Positions 6,936 through 15,259 of a stretch of DNA of 32,719 bases are shown here, piece by piece (the stretch's first letter is position 1; each line of letters begins with the position of its first letter). The stretch lies in the NCBI GenBank assembly GCA_021737205.1, contig JAIPEK010000001.1, positions 1 to 32,719 on the forward strand. Direction: 5' to 3'. The notes beneath the pieces were generated by a model. That model was not told where the DNA came from, made no database searches, and saw only the letters and a list, made by a program, of their open reading frames with translations. The position numbers were made by a program, and so were the translations under genes. The stretch is from Desulfarculaceae bacterium. Its GTDB lineage: Bacteria; Desulfobacterota; Desulfobacteria; Desulfobacterales; Desulfobacteraceae.

Positions 6936-8144
6936 TTACTGCTTTCGGATTTGCGCCCCTGTGTCAAAGGGCGGCGGGTAGGAAAATCGTTCAAACGCAT
7001 GGGAAAACCGATTGTAAATCATTTCCGCAGTGAGTCCGCAAGAGGCAAGATCATACTTATGACCGCTTTTGTATCTTCTCTGCCGCTCGTCCCGGCTTTG
7101 TATAAATGCCTTGAACGCCGGAGACATCCGGAATCCGAACTGCTCATAAATCGAATGAACCACCTGCTGCAATGTTTCTTGAAGGTCCTCCATTTTCACG
7201 ATCATATGCCGGCTCTCCGGCAGTCGGGAAAGTCTGTCCGGGATATGGGCATACGCGTAGCCCTGGATTTCCATGAGCTGGTCCCTGAATTCCTCCCCTC
7301 CTGTATCATTGTCAAACACTTCTGCTCCTGCCGTCATGGAGCTGATATGAGACGGCACCGCATCCATTGGATTGCGTACGGTACCGATGATCCGGCAGTC
7401 CGGGAAATGCCGCACCAGGGACCCGATCATCGGCGAGAACGCCACATTTTTTGAAAAAAAGGTTTTACCGGTTCCCCTGACATACAGGTGCCGCTGAAGG
7501 CAGGATCGGTAAAATGTCATGATCCGGTCCTTGTCCTTTTCATTTGCCGCATCGTCAAAAAAGGCAAGATACCCGAGTTCCTCGAAAAACGGGAACGGAA
7601 GAACCAGAATCATGCAGGCGTAGACCGGCACAAGAAGAAAATAATCCTCCTCCGGGTCAGACAGCGAGATCCGGTGGATGGAATCGAAACTTTTAAACGC
7701 GTGCCCTTCCACCCATTTAATAATCCCTGCCAAAGGGGCCCCCATCCATCCGTCCAGACGGGCCAGGACGAGCCAGAATTTGCGCTCGGTCACGGACGGA
7801 GCCAGGATCAGCTCCCACAGGGTCATCGTGGCAAACCGTTCCGTATCATGGGCCAACACCCGGTGAAGGAAGGTGGTCCCGCTCCTGGGCACTCCCACGA
7901 TAAATACCGGAGAGCGGATCTCGACGGATTTGTATTTCGGAAAAAATATCTCATCCAGGAAAAACCCGATCCAGTGCATGGTCTGGACAACAAATAAAAC
8001 AGGGAAAAAACCGCTCATGATCAAAAACCGTTTGACCGTAAGTCTTGCCTGTGTGCGGCGGCTTTTGAAAAATGTCAGCCAAAACAGCCTGAAAAAGGTT
8101 TTATAGCTGATCCACATATTTTGAAACAGAGTAATAATACCCAT
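6936..8144 (-). CDS. PAPS-dependent sulfotransferase family protein with a hydrophobic N-terminal region
   Basis: 5'-PSB motif VGVPRSGTTFLHRVL and 3'-PB-like motif VRNPMDAVPSHISS. The N-terminal roughly 70 aa are hydrophobic. The ATG at 8144 is preferred over the TTG at 8201. Confidence 0.75.
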   Translation of the reverse strand: MGIITLFQNMWISYKTFFRLFWLTFFKSRRTQARLTVKRFLIMSGFFPVLFVVQTMHWIGFFLDEIFFPKYKSVEIRSPVFIVGVPRSGTTFLHRVLAHDTERFATMTLWELILAPSVTERKFWLVLARLDGWMGAPLAGIIKWVEGHAFKSFDSIHRISLSDPEEDYFLLVPVYACMILVLPFPFFEELGYLAFFDDAANEKDKDRIMTFYRSCLQRHLYVRGTGKTFFSKNVAFSPMIGSLVRHFPDCRIIGTVRNPMDAVPSHISSMTAGAEVFDNDTGGEEFRDQLMEIQGYAYAHIPDRLSRLPESRHMIVKMEDLQETLQQVVHSIYEQFGFRMSPAFKAFIQSRDERQRRYKSGHKYDLASCGLTAEMIYNRFSHAFERFSYPPPFDTGAQIRKQ

Positions 8145-8217
8145 AAATATTCCATCTTCGATATTGTTGAAACGTCCACAACTGTTTTCAGTATGAGGCA
8201 AACCGGTTTATGTCGAG

Positions 8218-9069
8218 TTAGGATTTGATATGAAAGGTGTTAGGTATTGGGTATTGGGTATTGGGTATTAGCAGAAGAGCGCTCCACCCGTTCTCATGAA
8301 AAGTCTCCTGCACCGAAAAGCAAGAGGCATAACGGGTTTTGACGGAATCGACCTCTTCCTCTTTAAACCCGGAAAGCACCAGCACCCCTTCTTTGGCTGA
8401 CATGGAAGCGAAATCCTTTTTATAACGTGCCAGCGTCGGCGGCCTCAGGTTGGCGCAGATCAGGTGGAAACAACCGCTTTCCGGCATGTTTTCCGAAACC
8501 TCGACCCGATCTTCCAGTCGGTTGAGCGACACATTGCAGCGGGCGTCATGAACCGCCAGCGGATCGATGTCTACAGCCAGTGCCTGTTTCATGCCCATCA
8601 GGACCGATGCGATAGCCAGGATACCCGAGCCGCACCCCATATCCAGGCAGTCGTGTCCTTCAAGCGCCCGGAGACCGAACCCTTTCTCCATGGCCTTGAG
8701 GCTCAAGCGGGTGGTGGGATGGTCCCCTCTTCCGAACGAAGTGGTTTTAGAAAGCGTTACTGAAATATCATCCGTCTTTTGCGGATGATACGCAATACCC
8801 GGCGGGTGGACCACGACCCTGCCGGAAAGCCGCACCGGCCTGTTGAACGAAGGGACGACAAAAATGTGGCCGAGCTCGTTCACGTATTCCAGGCTCCCGT
8901 CATGGGCCATCCCGTGGATGATCTTTCCGGATTCTTTCAGTGAAATTCCTTTTTCCCTGGAAACCGTTTTCACAATATCCATAAATGAGAACTTTGCGCC
9001 TGATGTACTAAGGATCTCAAAAATATCCGATTTGATTGTTGGCATGGATGATCTTACGCTCAGTTTCAT
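8218..9069 (-). CDS. PrmA-like class I SAM-dependent methyltransferase with a non-canonical N-terminal domain
   Basis: SFGRGDHPTTRLSLKAME and CLDMGCGSGILAIASVLMG ... AVDIDPLAV are the hallmark PrmA motifs (FGTGxHPTT, DxGxGSGIL). The N-terminal roughly 75 aa do not look like the PrmA L11-binding domain. The last roughly 16 codons run through a heptamer tandem repeat. Confidence 0.6.
   Translation of the reverse strand: MKLSVRSSMPTIKSDIFEILSTSGAKFSFMDIVKTVSREKGISLKESGKIIHGMAHDGSLEYVNELGHIFVVPSFNRPVRLSGRVVVHPPGIAYHPQKTDDISVTLSKTTSFGRGDHPTTRLSLKAMEKGFGLRALEGHDCLDMGCGSGILAIASVLMGMKQALAVDIDPLAVHDARCNVSLNRLEDRVEVSENMPESGCFHLICANLRPPTLARYKKDFASMSAKEGVLVLSGFKEEEVDSVKTRYASCFSVQETFHENGWSALLLIPNTQYPIPNTFHIKS
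8243..8269. repeat. Tandem heptanucleotide repeat (GGTATTG) x about 3.9
   Basis: GGTATTG GGTATTG GGTATTG GGTATT read directly from the sequence. It lies inside the 3' end of the PrmA-like ORF. Confidence 0.95.
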
Positions 9070-9080
9070 TTTTTATAACT

Positions 9081-9201
9081 GCCATGTCCTTTTGGACACA
9101 ACGAATGATGAAAGATCACCATGAAGGTCATGAAGTTCATGAAGGTTTTGCTTCAGTTCCTTCATGGCCTTCATGGTAAAAAATGTTGTTCTTTCATATA
9201 A
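9081..9201. repeat. Compound-hairpin repeat element, copy 2 (most complete)
   Basis: GCCATGTCCTTTTGGACACAACGAATGATGAAAGATCACCATGAAGGTCATGAAGTTCATGAAGGTTTTGCTTCAGTTCCTTCATGGCCTTCATGGTAAAAAATGTTGTTCTTTCATATAA. ACCATGAAGGTCATGAAG pairs with CTTCATGGCCTTCATGGT (17/18). There is an inner TGAAG/CTTCA stem and an outer ATGAAAGA/TCTTTCAT stem. Confidence 0.9.
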
Positions 9202-9395
9202 AAACTTTGATGCCCCGCAAGCCACTACTCAACCGCAGTGGTTCTCCTTCATACAGGATGCCGTACTTTGCCGTCAATGATTATATGCACGCATGATTTC
9301 CATACTTTACTTATACAACGGGTCGTGGTAAATTTTATTTTACAGATGCTCCGTGTGCAGGGCAAAAACAATCAAAATCAACAATCGACCGGCTT

Positions 9396-10466
9396 ATGGA
9401 TACATCCGTCACCAGACTCAGGGATATTTTTTTAAACGAGAAAGAACTGCCCAAAAGAGCGCTTTTTGCCGTATTCGACCGGGCCGGAATTCCTTCCGAC
9501 ACCTGCTGGCGGACCTTGTACCGGATGATTTTCGACTCCAAAATCAACTTCAACCCCATTGCTGAAAAAGCGGTCAGCCGGCAGCAGCTTGTCCCGGTGA
9601 TGAACCAGGCGCTGAAAAATATCGAACTTGAGGATTTCAGTGAAAAAGCACTTCTGGCCCTGATCAAAAACTACAATAGCGCCTTTGTTTCCGTTTGCCA
9701 GAGCGAGCTTGCCGAAGCCGTGAACGAACTGGACAGCCTGACCAGTGAATTCAGATCCATTTGCCACGAACGGCAGGATAAAGTGGAAACCCTGGAAACC
9801 GATACCCTCCAGACGGTCCGGTCGGATTCCTCCATAGAAGAAAAAATCCGGTCCATCAAGGCAAAATTCAGGGCCACCATTGAATTGTTTCAGGCGGATG
9901 TAAACAAACTCGACCATATCAGCAACACGGATCATCTTACAGGACTTTACAACCGCAGGTTCTTTGATGAACAGATTCACGCACAAGCAGACCAGGCAGT
10001 TTCGGAAAAGACATGGCTGAACCTGCTGATGATCGACATTGACAACTTTAAACAGTTCAACGACGAGTACGGCCATCTCATCGGCGACCAGGCGCTGAAA
10101 ACCGTGGCCAAAAACATCAACCTCGCCTGCAGTGAAGAATCGGAAAGAACCGGCATTGTCTACTATCCCGTCCGGTATGGGGGAGAGGAATTCGCCGTGA
10201 TTGTCCCGGCTGTGGACATCACCGAGGCCGAAAAGACCGGGGAGGCGATCCGGGAAAAAATCAACGGTTATACCTTTGTCATCCGCGGAAAACAGGGAAG
10301 CATCAAGCATGAAAATATAAAATTGACGGTAAGCGTGGGCGTGGCCGGATTTCCTCATAAACAAGGGAAGAAGGACGGAGTGGAAGAGCTGATCAAAAAT
10401 GCAGACAAGGCCATGTTTACCGCCAAAAAAACCGGGAAAAACCGAATTATGACCCATTACCGGTAA
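9396..10466 (+). CDS. Diguanylate cyclase (GGDEF domain) with an uncharacterised roughly 170-aa soluble N-terminal region
   Basis: DHLTGLYNRRFF, LLMIDIDNFKQFNDEYGHLIGDQALK, RYGGEEFAVIV, ADKAMFTAKKTGKNR. No TM helix and no RxxD I-site just upstream of GGEEF. There is no clear RBS, so the start is uncertain. Confidence 0.85.
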   Translation: MDTSVTRLRDIFLNEKELPKRALFAVFDRAGIPSDTCWRTLYRMIFDSKINFNPIAEKAVSRQQLVPVMNQALKNIELEDFSEKALLALIKNYNSAFVSVCQSELAEAVNELDSLTSEFRSICHERQDKVETLETDTLQTVRSDSSIEEKIRSIKAKFRATIELFQADVNKLDHISNTDHLTGLYNRRFFDEQIHAQADQAVSEKTWLNLLMIDIDNFKQFNDEYGHLIGDQALKTVAKNINLACSEESERTGIVYYPVRYGGEEFAVIVPAVDITEAEKTGEAIREKINGYTFVIRGKQGSIKHENIKLTVSVGVAGFPHKQGKKDGVEELIKNADKAMFTAKKTGKNRIMTHYR

Positions 10467-10484
10467 AGGGTAAGGAGATAGATC

Positions 10485-11402
10485 ATGGACAGACGCGAAT
10501 TTTTACGAAACGTCACCCTGTGGACCGCCGGCGCGGTCATCGCCCCGCCCGTTTTCCATATCACCCCCCGCCTTTTTGCCGCAACCGGAGGCCGGACCGA
10601 TATATACACGGCCAAAGGGAAAGATTACAAGCGGATGGTAAACAGCCTGATCGACGAAATGGGCGGCATGAAACAATTCGTGAAAACCGGCGACAAAGTG
10701 GTGATCAAACCCAACATCGGATGGGACAGAAACGTCGAACAAGCGGCCAACACCCATCCGGACGTGGTCGCCGCACTTGCGCTGCTGGCCCTTGATGCGG
10801 GCGCTTCAAAGGTCTCGGTTTTTGACAGGCCGTGCAACGAGGAAAGACGTTGCTATCAAAACAGCGGGATCAAGCCCGCCATGGACAGAATTGACGACGG
10901 CCGGGCCGAGTGCACCTACATCGATGACAGGCGGTTCGTCCCGGTACGGATCAAGAACGGCAAATCCCTCAGTGAATGGTCCTTTTACAGGGACGCCCTG
11001 GAATCGGACTGCTACATCAATGTTCCCATTGCAAAGGATCACGGGCTGACGGGATTGACCCTCGGGATGAAAAACGTCATGGGCGTCATCAGCGGACGAA
11101 GAGGCAGGATCCACCATAATATCCCACAGAACCTGGCCGACCTGAACACCGTGATCCGGCCGTCTCTCACGGTGGTGGACGCCACACGCATCCTGCTGGA
11201 AAACGGGCCGTCGGGCGGAAGCCTTTCGTACGTCAAAACCCTGGATACGATCATTGCATCCACTGACCCTGTGGCCTGCGACGCATACGCCACAACGTTG
11301 TTCGGGATGGACCCCGGAGACATCGGGTCCACCGTCCGGGCATATAAAATGGGGCTCGGGAAAATCGACCTGCACCAGTGCAATATCATAAACGTGTCGT
11401 AA
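10485..11402 (+). CDS. Tat-signal DUF362 domain protein
   Basis: RBS AAGGAG. Twin-arginine signal MDRREFLRNVTLWTAGAVIA. DUF362-like blocks KVVIKPNIGWDR, HPDVVAALALLALDAGA, INVPIAKDHGLTGLTLGMKNVMG, VVDATRILLENGPSGG, IIASTDPVACDAY. Confidence 0.75.
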   Translation: MDRREFLRNVTLWTAGAVIAPPVFHITPRLFAATGGRTDIYTAKGKDYKRMVNSLIDEMGGMKQFVKTGDKVVIKPNIGWDRNVEQAANTHPDVVAALALLALDAGASKVSVFDRPCNEERRCYQNSGIKPAMDRIDDGRAECTYIDDRRFVPVRIKNGKSLSEWSFYRDALESDCYINVPIAKDHGLTGLTLGMKNVMGVISGRRGRIHHNIPQNLADLNTVIRPSLTVVDATRILLENGPSGGSLSYVKTLDTIIASTDPVACDAYATTLFGMDPGDIGSTVRAYKMGLGKIDLHQCNIINVS

Positions 11403-11412
11403 GACGGGTGTG

Positions 11413-12960
11413 ATGAATATCCGTGTACTGACAAAGAGGCTGAGGCAAATCTCCCAGATCGGTTTCCTGCTGCTGTTTTTGTTTCTTTTCCGGCATACGG
11501 ACTATACCGGTTCGGATACGATCCCGTATGCCGTCAACATTTTCTTCCGGTGGGATCCGCTTGTGGCGGCCTCTGTGTGGCTTGCGGCAAAAGAAATCGT
11601 CACACTTCTCCTGCCGTCCCTTTTCGTGGTGCTGCTCACCCTTGTATTCGCCCGGGCCTTCTGCGGATGGATCTGTCCTTTGGGCACGTTGATCGACGGG
11701 GCCGGATATCTGATCAAGCCCGTTGTCAACAGGCGTTTGAACCTTCGGCACATCAAGTACATGATCCTTCTCACCGTTCTGGTCTCCGCCCTGCTCGGCG
11801 TCCAGTGGCTGGCGTTTGTCGACCCGTTTTCCCTGCTGGTCCGGGGGTTTTCCTTTTCCGTGGACCCGGTTTTCAATGCGATTGTGACCAACTTTTTCGA
11901 TACGATCTACATCAGCGGGCCTTCCTGGCTGTCCGGGCTGACCGAGCCGGTTTACGATGTATTGAAAGCGTATGTTCTTCCCTTTAAACAGTCTTTCTTT
12001 TATCTTTCCATGCTCTCTTTTGTCCTTCTCGGGGCGATATTTGCCATGGAGCTGATTTCAAAACGCTTCTGGTGCCGCAACCTGTGCCCGCTGGGCGCGA
12101 TGCTGGCCCTTATATCAAAACTATCGTTTTTCAAACGGCTGCCGCTTTCGGCCTGCAAAAAATGCGAACTGTGCATTGATAAATGCCGCATGGATGCATT
12201 TTCCCCGGAAAACCGGATGCGCACCGAAGAGTGTAATCTTTGCATGGACTGCCTGGAATACTGCGACAGAAAAATCTCCCGGTTTGCTTTTTCCGCCAAA
12301 CCGTCCAGGCAGCGGGTCGACCTTTCAAGGCGCCAACTGGTTGCCTCGGGTGCGGCCGGAGTGGTTCTTTGGAGCCTTACCCGGGTGGATGCCGCCGCAA
12401 AAGTCCCTTCCCCTACCGTCATCCGGCCGCCGGGCGCCCTGGATGAAGCCGAATTTTCGGCAAGGTGCGTAAGATGCGGGGAATGCATGAAAGTCTGCAT
12501 CCGGAACGCCCTTCAGCCTGTTTTCTTGGAAAAAGGCACGGAAGGGATGTTTACCCCGAAACTCGTTCCGAGGCTGGGGTACTGCGAATTCAACTGCACG
12601 CTCTGCGGCCAGGTATGCCCGACCGGAGCCATTGAAAAGCTGTCCCTCGAAGAGAAACACGGTTTTGTCATCGGTAAAGCGTATGTGGACAAAAGCAGGT
12701 GCCTGCCCCATGCGTTTTCCAAACCCTGCATTGTATGCGAGGAACACTGCCCCACCCACACAAAGGCCATTGACTTTCACACGGTTGCCGCCGAGGATGA
12801 AAATGGTAAAAAGATTGAACTCAAGCAGCCTTTTGTGATCGAATCCCTCTGCATCGGGTGCGGTATCTGCGAAAACATATGCCCGGTGGACGGCAATGCC
12901 GCCATACAAGTGGCGGCAAAATCCCCTGAATCCAAGACGGGCGGCGGTTACGGTTTATAA
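11413..12960 (+). CDS. Integral-membrane NapH/MauN-like polyferredoxin (multiple 4Fe-4S motifs)
   Basis: Several TM helices with the family motifs FCGWICPLGT and WCRNLCPLGA. These are followed by six Cys clusters (CKKCELCIDKC, CNLCMDCLEYC, CVRCGECMKVC, CTLCGQVCP, CIVCEEHCP, CIGCGICENICP). Confidence 0.8.
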   Translation: MNIRVLTKRLRQISQIGFLLLFLFLFRHTDYTGSDTIPYAVNIFFRWDPLVAASVWLAAKEIVTLLLPSLFVVLLTLVFARAFCGWICPLGTLIDGAGYLIKPVVNRRLNLRHIKYMILLTVLVSALLGVQWLAFVDPFSLLVRGFSFSVDPVFNAIVTNFFDTIYISGPSWLSGLTEPVYDVLKAYVLPFKQSFFYLSMLSFVLLGAIFAMELISKRFWCRNLCPLGAMLALISKLSFFKRLPLSACKKCELCIDKCRMDAFSPENRMRTEECNLCMDCLEYCDRKISRFAFSAKPSRQRVDLSRRQLVASGAAGVVLWSLTRVDAAAKVPSPTVIRPPGALDEAEFSARCVRCGECMKVCIRNALQPVFLEKGTEGMFTPKLVPRLGYCEFNCTLCGQVCPTGAIEKLSLEEKHGFVIGKAYVDKSRCLPHAFSKPCIVCEEHCPTHTKAIDFHTVAAEDENGKKIELKQPFVIESLCIGCGICENICPVDGNAAIQVAAKSPESKTGGGYGL

Positions 12961-12973
12961 CGCTTTTCAAGGG

Positions 12974-13008
12974 CGGGTTTCCGGTCACATCGTATGGCCG
13001 GAAACCCG
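12974..13008. terminator. Hairpin between convergent genes (polyferredoxin / feoB); weak terminator candidate
   Basis: An 11-bp stem CGGGTTTCCGG / CCGGAAACCCG with a 13-nt loop. Neither side has a U-tract, so confidence is low. Confidence 0.25.
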
Positions 13009-13096
13009 ACGGCATTCGTCAAACACCCCTTGTAATGACTGCGAGACCGGGTGGAAAGTACCTCGAGATCGCCTGACGCGGGCCGCATCTCACCGG

Positions 13097-15253
13097 TCAA
13101 TACCCGAGCAGAGTTCCCGCCTGGTATACTGCCGCGGCCAGGGCAAAAGCCAGGCCTGTATTGAACACCATGCTGAAGGCCGCCCATTTCCAGGAGGTTT
13201 CCCTTGCAATCACCACCACGGTAACAAAACAGGGCGCATACAGCATCATAAAAATAAGCAGGGAAACCGCGGTAAGAGGGGTGAAAAGCGGATCTTTTTC
13301 AATCCGGCGGGCAAGTCCGGATGCCTCTTGAGCATCCACCTCCCCCATGGAATACGCGGTCCCCAGTGTGGATACGATCACCTCTTTTGCGGCGAATCCT
13401 CCGATCAGAGCGATATTGGTCCGCCAGTCAAATCCGGCCGCACTGGTGACAGGTTCCAGAGCACGGCCGGTACGGCCGGCAAATGAATGCGCAAGCGCCG
13501 CACGTTCCCGGGTTTTATCTATTTCAGCCAGGCGGTTTTCAAGCTGCTCGCCCGAGTATTCCACAGCGGCCCGAGCCTTGAGATTTTCAAATTTCACCCT
13601 GTCGGCCTGATCCGGGCCGGGAAACGTCATGGCCGCCCATATCACGATGGATACTGCAAGAATAACGGTTCCGGCCTTTTTGATATACTGCCACGTCCTG
13701 TGCCATGTATGGATCAGAAGCCCTTTTGCGGTCGGAAGCCGGTACGGAGGAAGTTCCATGATAAACGGGGTGGACTCGCCTTTCACCACAGTGGACCGCA
13801 AAAGTTTGGCCACCATCAGGGCCGTAAGCCACCCGCCGGCCACGCAGAAGAACATCACAGAGGCGGAGTTGTCAAAAAATGCCGCCGCCATGAGAATAAT
13901 GACTGGCACCTTGGCCCCGCAACTCATGAACGGCGCCGTCAGAACAGTGGCCAGCTTCTCTTTGGGACTTTTCAGGGTCCGGGTCGCCATAACTCCGGGG
14001 ACCGCGCATCCTCCGGCAATGCCGCCGGACACGATAAACGGCATCACGGAGGAGCCGTGGAGCCCGAAAACCCGCATGACCCGGTCCAGCATATACGCGA
14101 TCCTGGCCATATAACCCGAGTCTTCGAGAAACGAAATCATCAGGAACATGCAGGCGATCAGGGGCACAAACCCGAGAACTCCCCCGACCCCGCCGATGAT
14201 CCCGTCCACCACAAGAGATTTTGCCAGGGAACCCGGGATAAGGGATTCAGCAGCCGACCCCGCATGGGCGAACAGGGTTTCCATCCATCCCATGGGGATC
14301 TCGCCCACGGTAAAGGTAACGAAAAATATGGCATAGATGACCCCGGCCATGAGCACCGGACCCAAAAGCCGGTGCGTGAACACCCGGTCCATTTGATCGG
14401 ACCGTCTCAATCTGCTGCCCGGGTCACTGACTCTTGTGATACATTGTTTGCATACCGAACGGATAAACCCGTACCGGTAATCGGCAATAATCGCCTCTGG
14501 GGTCGTATTCAGTGTCTCTTTCAAATGAACGGCCGCCTCGAGGGAAATGGCTTCAAGCCTGTCAGCGGTTTCACTTTTTCCGGAGACCATCTCCATTACC
14601 TCCGGGTCTTGCTCCAGAAATTTCAAAGCGGCCCAGCGGGCCGGGACAATTTTTGACAGTCGATCATCCCTTTCGACAAGACGTTCCATCTCTTCAATCA
14701 CCGGATCGAGATCAGGCCCGTAGGAAATATGAAAACCAGAGCCTTTGCCGCCGGCTCCGGCGGCATATTCAGCCGCCGTACGAACCAGGTCGGTTTTACC
14801 TGTCCCTTTCCTGGCAACGGTTTCCACAACCGGACACCCGACCAGTTCGGACAGTTTTGCGGTATCAATGGTTTTGCCCTGCCCTTTTACCTCGTCCATC
14901 ATGTTGAGGGCCACGACCACCGGAACGTTGAGTTCCAGGAACTGGACGGTGAGATAGAGATTTCTCTCCAGGCTTGTAGCATCCACGATGTCGAGAACCA
15001 CCCCGGGGTCCTCGTTTATGATGAAGTTCCTTGCCACCAGCTCCTCCTGGCTGTATGCCGTAAGGGAATAGGTTCCCGGCAGATCCACGATTTTTATTCG
15101 GGTTCCGTTGTACCCGGCAAACCCCTCGAGCCGATCCACCGTCACCCCCGGGAAGTTGCCCACCCTCTGGTTTTTTCCGGTCAGGGCGTTGAACATGGTG
15201 GTTTTCCCCGAATTGGGGTTCCCTGCAAGCGCCATTGTATAATCGGTTTCCAT
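13097..15253 (-). CDS. feoB: Ferrous iron transporter FeoB
   Basis: N-terminal G-domain (ALAGNPNSGKTTMFNALTG, DLPGTYSL, NMMDE) followed by a large polytopic membrane domain of the usual FeoB length (718 aa). Confidence 0.95.
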   Translation of the reverse strand: METDYTMALAGNPNSGKTTMFNALTGKNQRVGNFPGVTVDRLEGFAGYNGTRIKIVDLPGTYSLTAYSQEELVARNFIINEDPGVVLDIVDATSLERNLYLTVQFLELNVPVVVALNMMDEVKGQGKTIDTAKLSELVGCPVVETVARKGTGKTDLVRTAAEYAAGAGGKGSGFHISYGPDLDPVIEEMERLVERDDRLSKIVPARWAALKFLEQDPEVMEMVSGKSETADRLEAISLEAAVHLKETLNTTPEAIIADYRYGFIRSVCKQCITRVSDPGSRLRRSDQMDRVFTHRLLGPVLMAGVIYAIFFVTFTVGEIPMGWMETLFAHAGSAAESLIPGSLAKSLVVDGIIGGVGGVLGFVPLIACMFLMISFLEDSGYMARIAYMLDRVMRVFGLHGSSVMPFIVSGGIAGGCAVPGVMATRTLKSPKEKLATVLTAPFMSCGAKVPVIILMAAAFFDNSASVMFFCVAGGWLTALMVAKLLRSTVVKGESTPFIMELPPYRLPTAKGLLIHTWHRTWQYIKKAGTVILAVSIVIWAAMTFPGPDQADRVKFENLKARAAVEYSGEQLENRLAEIDKTRERAALAHSFAGRTGRALEPVTSAAGFDWRTNIALIGGFAAKEVIVSTLGTAYSMGEVDAQEASGLARRIEKDPLFTPLTAVSLLIFMMLYAPCFVTVVVIARETSWKWAAFSMVFNTGLAFALAAAVYQAGTLLGY

Positions 15254-15259
15254 GACGGG

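Noticed and set aside
5757-7454. Plus-strand ORFs (187, 140, 205 and 194 aa) over the GT4 and sulfotransferase genes
   Set aside because: They lie antisense to genes with clear GT4 and sulfotransferase motifs. One starts inside the repeat element.
9432-10457. 341-aa minus-strand ORF antisense to the GGDEF gene
   Set aside because: The plus strand carries canonical diguanylate cyclase motifs. The antisense translation has no motifs and an odd composition (F/G/V-rich). It is a shadow ORF.
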